A stretch of DNA of 64,000 bases, taken from positions 96,001 through 160,000 of the forward strand of contig CAVVXN010000001.1 in NCBI GenBank assembly GCA_963752285.1, given 5' to 3'. Shown here piece by piece: positions 46,842 through 56,728 of this stretch. Each line of letters opens with the position of its first letter. Position 1 is the first letter of the stretch. The notes under the pieces were generated by a model that did no database searches, was not told the origin of the DNA, and worked only from the letters and a program-made list of their open reading frames with translations. The DNA comes from an uncultured Planctomycetota bacterium (GTDB lineage Bacteria > Planctomycetota > PLA2 > JAEUHO01). The translations under genes and the position numbers were made by a program.

Positions 46842-48637
46842 GTCGCCGCCCCCGCCTCGCGGAACTGGAGGTCGAACAGGTCGCGGTACACGCCGCCCCG
46901 GACGTAGAGCTCGCGATGCGTCCCCTCCTCCACGAGCCGCCCCTGGTGGAGCACCAGGATCCGGTCGGCACCGACCACGGTGGCGAGCCGGTGCGCGACG
47001 ATCAACGCCGTGCGACCGCGGAGCAGGCGATCCAGCGCGTCCTTCAGCCGCCGCTCGGTCGCCGGGTCCACGGACGACGTCGCCTCGTCGAGCACGAGGA
47101 CGTCCGGATCGTGGGCGAGCGCCCGCGCGAAGCAGAGGAGCTGCCGCTCCCCCATCGAGAGGTTCGCGCCCCGCTCGTGGAGGATCTCGTCGTAGCCGCC
47201 CGGCAGGCGCCCCAGGAGGTCCTGGATCCCCGCGACGGCGACGGCGCGGTCCACGGCCTCCCCCGGGACGTCCTCGGCCAGCGCGCAGAGGTTCTCGCGG
47301 ACGGTGCCCGGAAAGAGGTGGATGTCCTGGAGCACGAGGCCGAGCCGGGATCGCCACGCAGCGATGCGCCACGCGCGGATGTCGTCGCCGTCGAGAGCGA
47401 TGCGGCCCTCGGTCGGGTCGTGGAAACGGAGCAGCAAGCTCGTCAGTGTCGTCTTGCCGCCCCCGGAGAGGCCGACCAGCGCCACCTTCTCTCCCCGCCC
47501 GATGGTGAAGGAGACCCCGTCGAGCGCGCGCGTCCCGCCGTCGTACTCGAAGGACACGTCCTCGAACCGGAGCGCCTTCCAGTCGTCGGGGACCTTCGGC
47601 CTCGCGTCCGGGCGGTCGCGGGTCAGGGACCGGGTGTCGAGCACCTCGAAGACGCGGTCGGCCGAGGCGAACGCGCGCTGCACCTGGCCGAGCTGCTCGG
47701 AGAACGCGATGAGCGGCCGGAACGCGCGGCGCGTGTACTCGAGGAAGAGCACGAAGACGCCCGGCGTCATCGCCGCGCCGAGCGTGTCGCCCGCCGCGAT
47801 CCACAGGATCAGGATCACGGCCACGACCTCGACCGCGGAGAGCGCGCCCCAGAACCCGTAGTCGAGCAGCGCGGCCCGCCGCTCGGCGACGAGCTTGTCC
47901 TGGTTGAGGCCGGCGAGGCGCGCCTCGGCCCGCACCTCGTAGCCGAAGGCCCGGAGCACGGGCACGCCCTGCACGAACTCCGACACGAACGCCGAGATCC
48001 GGGCGTAGAGCGCCCGGACGCGCCGATAGAGAACATGCATCCAACGGAAGAAGAACACCGTGGCGAAGATCACGGGCACGGCCAGCGCGACGACCGCCGC
48101 CGCGATCTGCCACGCCGTCGCGAACATCACGACGAACATGCCGAGGACGAGCAGCAGCGTCCGCAGGAGCGAGACGCCCACCTCCGAGAAGAGCGCCTGG
48201 AGCCGCTCCGTGTCGGACTCGACGCGCGCGAGCAGCTTGCCTGGGCTGTTCTCGTCGAAGTACGCCATCGACAGGCCGAGGAGGTGGTGGAACAGCGCGC
48301 GCTTGAGCGTCGTGACGATCGCGAGGCCCATCTTCGCGAGGAGGACCACCTGGACCCACGCGGCCAGGCCGGAGCAGGCGAAGAGGAAGGCGAGGAGGGC
48401 GGCCGACGCGTACAGCGCGTGCCTCGACCCGCCGACCAGCCCCGCGTCGATCAGGTGACGCAGCGCGAGCGGTCCGGCGAGCTCGGCGCCGATCCCGACG
48501 AGCATGGCCAACGTACCGCCGAGGAGGAGCCGGGCTTGCGGCCGCACGAGCGGGACGAGACGGCGCACCATCTCGCCCAGCCGGAGCCGGCGAACACGGC
48601 GTTCCTCCTCGACCAGCTCCTCCGGCGCGAACGGCAT
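46838..48637 (-). CDS. ABC exporter TMD-NBD half (heterodimer partner)
   Basis: GLSGGGKTT, LSMGERQ, LVLDEATSSVD, AHRL. Confidence 0.94.
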   Translation of the reverse strand: MPFAPEELVEEERRVRRLRLGEMVRRLVPLVRPQARLLLGGTLAMLVGIGAELAGPLALRHLIDAGLVGGSRHALYASAALLAFLFACSGLAAWVQVVLLAKMGLAIVTTLKRALFHHLLGLSMAYFDENSPGKLLARVESDTERLQALFSEVGVSLLRTLLLVLGMFVVMFATAWQIAAAVVALAVPVIFATVFFFRWMHVLYRRVRALYARISAFVSEFVQGVPVLRAFGYEVRAEARLAGLNQDKLVAERRAALLDYGFWGALSAVEVVAVILILWIAAGDTLGAAMTPGVFVLFLEYTRRAFRPLIAFSEQLGQVQRAFASADRVFEVLDTRSLTRDRPDARPKVPDDWKALRFEDVSFEYDGGTRALDGVSFTIGRGEKVALVGLSGGGKTTLTSLLLRFHDPTEGRIALDGDDIRAWRIAAWRSRLGLVLQDIHLFPGTVRENLCALAEDVPGEAVDRAVAVAGIQDLLGRLPGGYDEILHERGANLSMGERQLLCFARALAHDPDVLVLDEATSSVDPATERRLKDALDRLLRGRTALIVAHRLATVVGADRILVLHQGRLVEEGTHRELYVRGGVYRDLFDLQFREAGAAT

Positions 48638-48794
48638 CGCGCGTCAAGGTAGCCCATCGACCTCGTCGCGGCTCCATCCGTGTCCGGAGGGACCGGCGCC
48701 TGGCCGTGCCGCCCCGCCTCCGGGACCTCGTCCCGCGCCTCTCCCACCACGGGTCGCCTCCGCGCGGGTGGTAGGATTGGGTTCAGGCTCCAGG

Positions 48795-49961
48795 ATGAAC
48801 GCGATGAACCCCATCACATCCGAGGACCTCGAGCTCCTTCTCACGCGCCGCGCCGGCCCCTGCGTCTCGATCTACCTCCCGACGCACCGGGCCGGTCGAG
48901 AGACGCAGCAGGACCGGATCCGGCTCAAGAACCTCGTGCGGCGCGCGGAGTCCGATCTCGAGCGCGTCGCGATCCGCGGATCGAGCGCCGAGGAGGTGCT
49001 CGCCCCGGCCCGGGCGCTGCTCGGCGAGGGACCCTTCTGGTCCGAGCTCTCCGACGGACTCGGCATCTTCCTCGCGCCGGGTTTCTCCCACGTGCTCCGG
49101 CTGCCGGCGTCGTGCGACGAGCTGGTCGTCGTGTCCGGCGCGTTCCACGTGAAGCGCCTCCTGCCGCTGGTGAGCGGCGACGGCGCGTTCTACGTGCTGG
49201 CGATCAGCCAGAATCGAGTCCGACTGCTCGAGGGAACGCGGTTCCAGGTCGAGGAGCTCCAGGCGACCGGGCTCCCCAAGAGCCTGCGGGACGCGCTCTG
49301 GATGGACAACCCGGAGCAGTCCCTGCAGCACCACACCACGCTCCCGGCGCGCGACGGCGGCTCCGCCACCGTCATGTTCCACGGACACGGCGGCGCGTCC
49401 GAGACCGAGAAGAACCGACTGCTCCGCTACTTCCGGCGCGTGGACGAGGGCGTGCGGGAGCTCATCCACAACGATCACGTGCCTCTGGTGCTCGCGGGCG
49501 TCGAGCACTATTTCCCGATCTACCGCGAGGCGAACCGGTACGCCGGACTCGTCGAGCAGGGCGTGCACGGCAGCCCCGACCAGCTCACGGCTCGCGAGCT
49601 GCACGCGCGCGCGTGGGCGATCGTCGCACCGCGGTTCCGCCGCGCACAGGAGACGTCGATCGAGCGCTTCCGCGACCACGCGGGCCAGGGCAAGACGTCC
49701 GACCGCCTGGAGGACATCGTCGCCGCGGCCCACCACGGACGCGTGGACACGCTCTTCGTCGCGTCCGGACGCCAGTGCTGGGGCGCGTACGTGCCGGGCG
49801 ACGGCGGCACGGTCGTGTTGCACCCCTCCTACGAGCTGGGCGACCAGGACCTGCTCGACGTCGCGGCGGCGGCCACGCTCAAGACGGGAGGTCGCGTGTT
49901 CCCGCTCGCGCCGGACGAGGTCCCCGCGCACGGCTGCGCCGCGGCCATCCTCCGGTACTGA
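48795..49961 (+). CDS. Bacterial archaeo-eukaryotic release factor (baeRF)-family protein
   Basis: CVSIYLPTHR..DRIRLKNL, FYVLAISQNRVRLL, PLVLAG, AAHHGRVDTL, AAILRY. Confidence 0.85.
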   Translation: MNAMNPITSEDLELLLTRRAGPCVSIYLPTHRAGRETQQDRIRLKNLVRRAESDLERVAIRGSSAEEVLAPARALLGEGPFWSELSDGLGIFLAPGFSHVLRLPASCDELVVVSGAFHVKRLLPLVSGDGAFYVLAISQNRVRLLEGTRFQVEELQATGLPKSLRDALWMDNPEQSLQHHTTLPARDGGSATVMFHGHGGASETEKNRLLRYFRRVDEGVRELIHNDHVPLVLAGVEHYFPIYREANRYAGLVEQGVHGSPDQLTARELHARAWAIVAPRFRRAQETSIERFRDHAGQGKTSDRLEDIVAAAHHGRVDTLFVASGRQCWGAYVPGDGGTVVLHPSYELGDQDLLDVAAAATLKTGGRVFPLAPDEVPAHGCAAAILRY

Positions 49962-49999
49962 CCCTGGGCCCCCGTCGGCGCACCTGGCGCGGGAGGGAT

Positions 50000-50941
50000 A
50001 TGCTGATGACGAGGTCGTTGGGCCTGGCCGTCTTGGGGTTCGCCTCCCTCCTCGCGTCGGGGTGCGGGAGCGAGGGGCCGGCGGCCTCGGCTACGAATGC
50101 GCGTCACGCGAAGCCGGTCGTGGCCGTCGTGAGCTATCCGCTCCTCTACTTCGTGGAGCGGATCGCGGGCGAGCGCGTCGAGACGTACTTCCCGGTTCCC
50201 GCGGGGGAGGACCCGGCGTTCTGGAGGCCCACCGACGACGAGGTGCTCCGGTACCAGCACGCCGACCGGGTCCTCCTGAACGGCGCGACGTTCGCCAAGT
50301 GGGCGCTCATCACCTCGCTCCCCGAGGACCGGGTCACGGACACGTCCAAGAGCGTCGCCGATCACTACATCCAGATGAAGCACGTGATCATCCACTCCCA
50401 CGGCCCGGAGGGCCCCCACGAGCACCGGGGGACCGCGATCACCACGTGGCTCGACCCCACCATCGCCATCGTCCAGGCGCAGGCAACGAAGGACGCCCTC
50501 GAGGCGCTGCTCCCCGAGACCGCGCGACCCGACCTGGACCGCGGCCTCGCTTCGCTCGAGAAGGACCTCCACGACCTCGACGCGGCGTTCCGCGCGGCCG
50601 TGGACCAGGACCCGAAGCGGCCCGTCTTCTTCTCGCACCCCGTCTTCCAGTACCTGATCCACCGTTACGCAATCGACGCCGAGGCGGTGCACTGGGAGGC
50701 GAACGAGATGCCCGACGAGAAGGAGTGGACGGGCTTCGAGGCGCTCCTCGAGAACCACCCCGCGAAGTGGATGCTCTGGGAGTCCGCGCCGAGGGACGAC
50801 GTCCGGGAACGCCTCCGGGAGCTGGGCGTCGAGAGCGTGGTGTTCGATCCGTGCTCGAACCGCCCGGCCGAGGGCGACTTCCTCTCCGTGATGCGCGCCG
50901 ACGCGGACGCGCTCCGGACCGCGTTCGGCGCGGGCTCGTAG
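50000..50941 (+). CDS. ZnuA-like metal ABC substrate-binding lipoprotein
   Basis: ASGC lipobox, YPLLYFVERIAG, His-rich HSHGPEGPHEH, TWLDP, SHPVFQY. Confidence 0.9.
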   Translation: MLMTRSLGLAVLGFASLLASGCGSEGPAASATNARHAKPVVAVVSYPLLYFVERIAGERVETYFPVPAGEDPAFWRPTDDEVLRYQHADRVLLNGATFAKWALITSLPEDRVTDTSKSVADHYIQMKHVIIHSHGPEGPHEHRGTAITTWLDPTIAIVQAQATKDALEALLPETARPDLDRGLASLEKDLHDLDAAFRAAVDQDPKRPVFFSHPVFQYLIHRYAIDAEAVHWEANEMPDEKEWTGFEALLENHPAKWMLWESAPRDDVRERLRELGVESVVFDPCSNRPAEGDFLSVMRADADALRTAFGAGS

Positions 50942-51202
50942 CCGGCCCGGGGACCCGGCGGCTCGGCCGGCACCTTCGTCCCCGATCGGTGGACGTCTTC
51001 GTGGACCGCGCGTCGCGCGTCCGAGGCCCGCGCGTCCCGGGTTTCCGGCGATCGGCGCGGGACCGCCGGGCCCGACGCCCCGGGATCTTCGACCCCGCGT
51101 GAACGGTTCCCCCCTTTGCGAGCCCCTATGGGCGTCCGTTGGACTGGGCGTGCCCGGTGGCCCACCGGCCCCGCGGCCATGTCCTTCCAGGGAGAAGCCC
51201 TC

Positions 51203-52111
51203 ATGTCGAACTCGCTACGGATCCCGATGGCCTTTGTCGGCGCGGCCCTCGCCGCGGCCTTTTTCGCGGGCTCGTCCGCGCAGGGCGACGACGCGCCCCC
51301 CCTCACGGCGCCCGGCACCTCGGCCACGGCGCCCGCCGGCCCCGCCGCGACGCCCGCCCCGATCCCGACGAGCCCCTCGGCCGCAAACGTCCCGGCCCCC
51401 GCGGCCGACGTCCCGAGCCCGGCTTGCCGGGTGGAGGTGATCCCGGCCCACACGCGCGAGGTCACGCGGCAGGTCACGCACCCGCCGGTGGTCGGCGAGC
51501 GCCAGGTCCCGGTCTACGCGCAGGTAGATGTCCCGACCTACGAGACGCGGCAGGTGCCCGTGTACGAGACGGTCCAGGTCCCGACGTACGCGACGCGCGA
51601 GGTCCCCGTCTACGACACCGTGCGTGAGCCCGTGTGGGGCGAGGCCGAGGTGCCCACGTTCCGCAAGGTCGAGAAGCCGGTCGAGATCGACCTGTGGAAC
51701 CCATTCGGATGCGACGACCTGACCGTGAAGCTCTGGGACACGACCGAGTGCGTCCCGTGTGGGACCGCCACCCAGTCGGCGGTGGTCGGCTGGCAGGAGC
51801 ATCAGGTCCAGACCGGAACCCGGACGGAGAGCTACGTGTCGGGTACGACCGCCCAGCAGGTGCTCACGGGCTACCGGACGGAGACGACGCAGACCGGAAC
51901 GCACCCCGAGACGCGCCAGAGCGGGTGGAAGACCGAGAGCGTCGTGCTCGCGCCGGCGCGCGTCGAGACCGTGACCGACCGCGTGGCCGTGCCGTGCGAG
52001 CGCGTGACGGTCGTTCCCGACGACCAGCTCGCCAGCGCCGTGCCGCTTCCGGGGACGACCCGGGTGATCGGAGAGACCGAGCTCGTGCAGACGCTCGCCA
52101 CGGCGCGGTAG
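51203..52111 (+). CDS. Secreted repetitive Val/Thr/Pro-rich protein
   Basis: Signal peptide, Pro/Ala linker, VPxY octad repeats followed by GxxT/E octad repeats. Confidence 0.8.
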   Translation: MSNSLRIPMAFVGAALAAAFFAGSSAQGDDAPPLTAPGTSATAPAGPAATPAPIPTSPSAANVPAPAADVPSPACRVEVIPAHTREVTRQVTHPPVVGERQVPVYAQVDVPTYETRQVPVYETVQVPTYATREVPVYDTVREPVWGEAEVPTFRKVEKPVEIDLWNPFGCDDLTVKLWDTTECVPCGTATQSAVVGWQEHQVQTGTRTESYVSGTTAQQVLTGYRTETTQTGTHPETRQSGWKTESVVLAPARVETVTDRVAVPCERVTVVPDDQLASAVPLPGTTRVIGETELVQTLATAR

Positions 52112-52294
52112 CACGCCGGCGCCGGTGGGCGCCACGTGCGGCCACCGGTAGGCGCCCGGGGCGCGGCGGGTCGGCCCGACACGGGCGGGCGGCGGTCGAC
52201 TCGGCCGCCGCCCGCCGGCTCGACTCGGAGGCGTCGATCCGGGTCCGTAGGCCGACACGCCGGGGTCCGCCGGGCTGGGTTCGGACGAATTGCT

Positions 52295-52341
52295 CTGGCT
52301 CCGTATGACTACTGGCTCCGTGGGGATTCGGCTGGCTCCGT
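52295..52341. repeat. Three direct copies of CTGGCTCCGT upstream of truD
   Basis: Exact copies at 52295, 52312 and 52332. Confidence 0.85.
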
Positions 52342-52374
52342 GCGCGGAAGGACGGTATCGGTATCGCCTTCCGC

Positions 52375-53529
52375 ATGAAGGTGAAGCAGGCCCGCGAGGA
52401 CTTCGTCGTCGAAGAGGTGATCGACCTCGCGCCTCGGCCCGACGGCGCCTTCGCGCTCTATCGGCTCGACAAGACGGGCATCGGGACGCTCGAGGCGCTG
52501 CGTGTGCTCGAGCGCGCATGGCGGGTGCCGCGCCGGGACGTCGCGGTGGCGGGCCTCAAGGACCGCCACGGCACGACCTCGCAGACGCTGAGCATCCGGA
52601 ACGGACCGGCGCGCGACTACGAGGGGCGCGGGTTCTCCGTCCGGCACCTCGGCCGCGCCGCGCGGCCCGTCGGTCCCGGCGTCCTCGCCGGAAACCGGTT
52701 TCGCATCGTGCTGCGCGACCTCGGCGAGCGCGAGGCGCGGCGCGCCGTGGAACGCGCGGGGGACGTCCTCCGCCACGGGGTCCCGAACTACTACGACGAC
52801 CAACGGTTCGGCTCGCTCCGGGGCACGGGCGGCGCGTTCGTCGCGCGCGCCCGGCTCGCCGGCGACGACGAGCGGGCGCTCCGGCTCGCGGTCGCGAGCC
52901 CGTCCCCCGAGGACCGCGGACGGATCCGCGCCCGCCGCCGTCTGCTCTCGGAGCGCTGGGGCGCGTGGGGAGACCTGGCGCGGCGCCTCGAGCCCTCGCT
53001 CGAACGGAAGGTCGCCGAGCACCTCGCGCGCGGCGCGACCTTTCTCGACGCGTACGCGCTCCTCGACAGGAACCTTCGCGCGCTCCACCTCGGCGCGTGG
53101 CAGGCCCACGTGTTCAACGAAGGGCTCCGCCGCCACGTCCCGCCGGGTGGACCCTCGTCGCCGGGCGCCGACGGCCCGTACGCGTTCTACGACGGACCGC
53201 CCGGCGCCCTCGCGACGGAGCGCGTCCCGCTCGCGCACACGCGCGCCGAGTCGCACCCCTGGCTCGACGAGGTGCTCGCCTCGGAAGGCGTGGACCGCGC
53301 GGCGCTCGCGCGCCTCCCCTTCCGGCGCGGGCTCCGCGCGGCGGTCCTCGTGCCCCGCGAGGTGGAGACGGGCGCGCCGATTCCCGACGACCACAACCCC
53401 GGGCGCCTCGCGCTCTCCCTCGCGTTCGTGCTCGGTCCCGGCTCGTACGCGACGATGATCGTGAAGCGGCTCACGTTCGACGTCCCTCCGCGCGGTCGCG
53501 CGCGTCGTCGGCACGGCCGGGGCCGCTGA
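52375..53529 (+). CDS. truD: tRNA pseudouridine(13) synthase TruD
   Basis: EDFVVEE, AGLKDRHGTTSQ, GNRFRI, PNYYDDQRFG, GSYAT. Confidence 0.95.
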   Translation: MKVKQAREDFVVEEVIDLAPRPDGAFALYRLDKTGIGTLEALRVLERAWRVPRRDVAVAGLKDRHGTTSQTLSIRNGPARDYEGRGFSVRHLGRAARPVGPGVLAGNRFRIVLRDLGEREARRAVERAGDVLRHGVPNYYDDQRFGSLRGTGGAFVARARLAGDDERALRLAVASPSPEDRGRIRARRRLLSERWGAWGDLARRLEPSLERKVAEHLARGATFLDAYALLDRNLRALHLGAWQAHVFNEGLRRHVPPGGPSSPGADGPYAFYDGPPGALATERVPLAHTRAESHPWLDEVLASEGVDRAALARLPFRRGLRAAVLVPREVETGAPIPDDHNPGRLALSLAFVLGPGSYATMIVKRLTFDVPPRGRARRRHGRGR

Positions 53530-53531
53530 CG

Positions 53532-54773
53532 ATGGACGTGTGGATCGTCCTCGCGCTCGGGGCCCTGGCGGCCTGGGTGTTCCTCGCCCTCGATCCCGGC
53601 CGGCGCTGGCCGCGCGCGTGGCCGCAGCGATCGCTCGAGCCGGAGCCCCCCGAGGGGGAGGACGTCGCGGCGATCCTCCCCGCGCGAAACGAGGAGGAGA
53701 TGCTGCCGAAGACGCTCCCGAGCCTCCTCGCACAGTGGCCGCCGCTCCGCCGCGTGGTCGTCGTGGACGACCGCTCGTACGACGAGACGCTCCACGTCGC
53801 GCGCGCGATCGCGAGCCCCCGCGGCCCGGTCCGGCCGGAGCTGAGCGGGATCCGTCGTGAGGACGACCTCCCGGGATGGGCGGGAAAGGTCGCGGCCCAG
53901 GCCGCGGGACGCGCCGCGCTCGAGCGGGGTTGGTGCGCGCCGCCGGCTTCGCGCTGGATCCTGCTCGTGGACGCCGACATCGCGCTCGGCCCCTGCGTCG
54001 TGGACGACCTCGTCGCCCGCGCCGAGAACGGCGAACGCGACCTGGTGAGCGCGATGGCCCGGCTCCGGACGGAGTCGTTCGCCGAGAAGCTCCTGATCCC
54101 GCCCTTCACCTGGTTCTTCCACCACATGTACCCCTTCCGGCGCGTGGCGGACGCGCGCTCACGCGTGGCGGCGGCGGCGGGCGGGCTGATCCTCGTCCGC
54201 GCCGAAGCCCTCGACCGCGCGGGCGGCTTCGAGGCGTGGCGCGACGCCCGGATCGACGACCTCGCGCTCGCCCGCGCCGTGAAGCGGTCGGGCGGGGCGC
54301 TGGAGCTCGGGTTCCACGAGGGCGTCGTCTCGCGGCGCGCGTACCCCACGTACCGATCAGTCGCCTCGATGGTCGAACGCTCGGCGTCCGAGGCGCTGGG
54401 CCACCGCCGCCTGCTCGTCGTGCTGGTGTGGCTCGCCCTGCTCTTCCTCTTCGTCGTCCCGCCCGTGCTGACCGGGCTCGGCGCGGCCCGAGGCGACGTC
54501 GCGCTCGCCGCGACCGGCGCGGCGGCGTGGGCGGTCGAGACGCTGCTCGTCCTTCCCGCGACGCGATGGCACCGGCTCCGGTGGGCGTGGGCCCTCTCGA
54601 TGCCGCTGGCGGCGATCCTCTACGCGTGGATGACGGCGGTCTCGGTCTACCGCCACGCGGTCGGCCGACCGGTACCCTGGCGACCCGGCGGGGAGGCCCC
54701 GCACCGCGAGGGGCAGCGGCGGGTTCCAGGCCGGGGCACCCGCAGCCGGGCGCGCCCGAGGAGCCGCACGTGA
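53532..54773 (+). CDS. GT2 glycosyltransferase, HpnB-like
   Basis: PARNE, DDRSYD, WAGK, DADI, AAAAGG, IDDLALARAVK. Confidence 0.85.
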   Translation: MDVWIVLALGALAAWVFLALDPGRRWPRAWPQRSLEPEPPEGEDVAAILPARNEEEMLPKTLPSLLAQWPPLRRVVVVDDRSYDETLHVARAIASPRGPVRPELSGIRREDDLPGWAGKVAAQAAGRAALERGWCAPPASRWILLVDADIALGPCVVDDLVARAENGERDLVSAMARLRTESFAEKLLIPPFTWFFHHMYPFRRVADARSRVAAAAGGLILVRAEALDRAGGFEAWRDARIDDLALARAVKRSGGALELGFHEGVVSRRAYPTYRSVASMVERSASEALGHRRLLVVLVWLALLFLFVVPPVLTGLGAARGDVALAATGAAAWAVETLLVLPATRWHRLRWAWALSMPLAAILYAWMTAVSVYRHAVGRPVPWRPGGEAPHREGQRRVPGRGTRSRARPRSRT

Positions 54774-56725
54774 AGACGACCCGAACGCGCCTCCTGCCAC
54801 TCCTCCTCGTCGCGCTCGCCGGCGTCCTCGGCGTACGGTCCGCCGCGCCCGTCTGGGCGGCGCCGCCGCGTCCGGACGTGGCGACCGAGGTCCAGAGGGA
54901 CCTCGTGTACGCTCGCGTCGGCGAGACGGACCTCCACCTCGACCTGTACCGGCCGGGCCGCGCCGAGGGACGGCCGCCGCTCCTCGTCTGGGTGCACGGA
55001 GGAGGATGGGTCCATGGCGCGAAGGCCCCCTGCCCGATCGCGTGGCTCACGAGCGCGGGCTACGCCGTCGCGAGCGTCGAGTACCGGCTGACCGACGTCG
55101 CGATCTTCCCGGCGCAGATCCACGACGTGGAGGCGGCGATCCGCTGGCTCCGCGCGAACGATCGACGCCTGGCGATCGACGCGCGGCGGATCGGCGTCGC
55201 GGGCGCGTCGGCCGGCGGGCACCTCGTGTCGCTCCTCGGCACGGGCGCGGGCGTGGCGGCCCTGGAGGGGACCGAGGGGGACGCACTCGGCACGTCGGAC
55301 CGTGTCCAGGCCGTCTACGACATGTTCGGCCCGGCGGACATCGTGGACCTCGGCTCGAAGGCGCGCCCCGCGACCCCCGTGGCGCTTCGCGCGGTGTCGA
55401 TGCTCCTCGGCGGCGACGTCTCGTCCAAGACCGAGCTCGCGCGCCTCGCGAGCCCTCGGACCCACGTCTCGAAGGACGACGCGCCCTTCCTGATCGTCCA
55501 CGGCGGGAAGGACCCGCTCGTTCCCCTGGACGAGAGCCGTCGCTTCGACGCGGCGCTCCGCGCGGCGGGCGTCGAGAGCCGCCTCCACGTGATCGAGGGC
55601 GCGGGCCACGGGGGACCGGGGTTCCGGACCGCCGACGTGCTCGACGAGATGCGGGCGTTCTTCGACCGCCACGTCCGGCTCGCCGGCGCCGAGACGCCGA
55701 CCGGCGTCGCGCCGGGGAGCGCGCCGCAGCCGACGTCCCGGGGTGCGCCCGAGTCCCCGCCGCCGGCAGCGGAGGCCCGCGCGCGCGCGCGCGTCCGCAC
55801 GGCCGAGGCGCCGGGCCCGTACGAGACCGCACGGGCGAACAGCGCGCTCGAGGACGCCGCGCGGCACAAGACGCTCCCGCTCGCCGTGACCTTCCCGAAG
55901 GCGGCGGGCCCCCACCCCGTGATCGTCTTCTCGCACGGCGCGTACGGCTCGAAGGACGCGTACCGTCCGCTCGCCGAGCACTGGGCGAGCCACGGCTACG
56001 TGGTCGTCCAGCCGACGCACGAGGACTCCCTCTCGCTCGGGAAGCCCGTTCGCCGGCTGCTCGGGAACCCCTTCCGCTTCTGGCGCTCCCGCGTGGACGA
56101 CGTGCGCCTCGTGCTCGACCACCTCGACCTCGTCGCCGCGGGCACCGCGGGCCTCGAGGGCACGCTCGACGCCTCGCGGATCGGGGTCGGCGGCCACTCG
56201 TTCGGCGCGCACACGGCCCAGCTCCTGGCGGGCGCCACGACTACCGAGGGCCGTGGACCGCGCGAGAGCCACGCCGACGCGCGGCCGAAGGCCTTCCTCC
56301 TGATCTCGCCGCAGGGCCGCGGCGACCTCCTCGACGCTTCGTCGTGGCAGGACGTCCGGCGCCCCCTCCTGGTCATCACGGGCACGAACGACACGGGCCG
56401 GGGCGGCCAGCCGTTCGTCTGGCGGATGGACCCGTTCTCGCTCTCGCCCCCGGGCGACAAGCTCCTCGCGCTGGTCGTCGGCGCCTGGCACGGCTTCGGC
56501 GGGATCACCGGCAAGACGCCGTTCCCCGGCTCGGGCCCGAAGGACCCGGCCGAGGTCGAGGCGGTCGAGGCGCTCTCGCTCCTCTTCTTCGACGCGTACG
56601 TGGACGGCGACGCGTCGGCCCGGGCGGCCCTCGCGACGCCCCCCCTCGCCGGCGTCTTCGGCGACCTGGTTCGTTTCGCGTCGAGACCGGAGCCGGACGC
56701 GACCCGGCCCGGCGGGACGAGGTGA
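54770..56725 (+). CDS. Secreted tandem alpha/beta hydrolase (esterase-like + PAF-AH/chlorophyllase-like)
   Basis: Domain 1: HGGGW, GASAGG, HGGKDPLV, GAGH. Domain 2: FSHG, GHSFG, GTND, WH. Confidence 0.88.
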   Translation: MKTTRTRLLPLLLVALAGVLGVRSAAPVWAAPPRPDVATEVQRDLVYARVGETDLHLDLYRPGRAEGRPPLLVWVHGGGWVHGAKAPCPIAWLTSAGYAVASVEYRLTDVAIFPAQIHDVEAAIRWLRANDRRLAIDARRIGVAGASAGGHLVSLLGTGAGVAALEGTEGDALGTSDRVQAVYDMFGPADIVDLGSKARPATPVALRAVSMLLGGDVSSKTELARLASPRTHVSKDDAPFLIVHGGKDPLVPLDESRRFDAALRAAGVESRLHVIEGAGHGGPGFRTADVLDEMRAFFDRHVRLAGAETPTGVAPGSAPQPTSRGAPESPPPAAEARARARVRTAEAPGPYETARANSALEDAARHKTLPLAVTFPKAAGPHPVIVFSHGAYGSKDAYRPLAEHWASHGYVVVQPTHEDSLSLGKPVRRLLGNPFRFWRSRVDDVRLVLDHLDLVAAGTAGLEGTLDASRIGVGGHSFGAHTAQLLAGATTTEGRGPRESHADARPKAFLLISPQGRGDLLDASSWQDVRRPLLVITGTNDTGRGGQPFVWRMDPFSLSPPGDKLLALVVGAWHGFGGITGKTPFPGSGPKDPAEVEAVEALSLLFFDAYVDGDASARAALATPPLAGVFGDLVRFASRPEPDATRPGGTR

Positions 56726-56728
56726 ATC

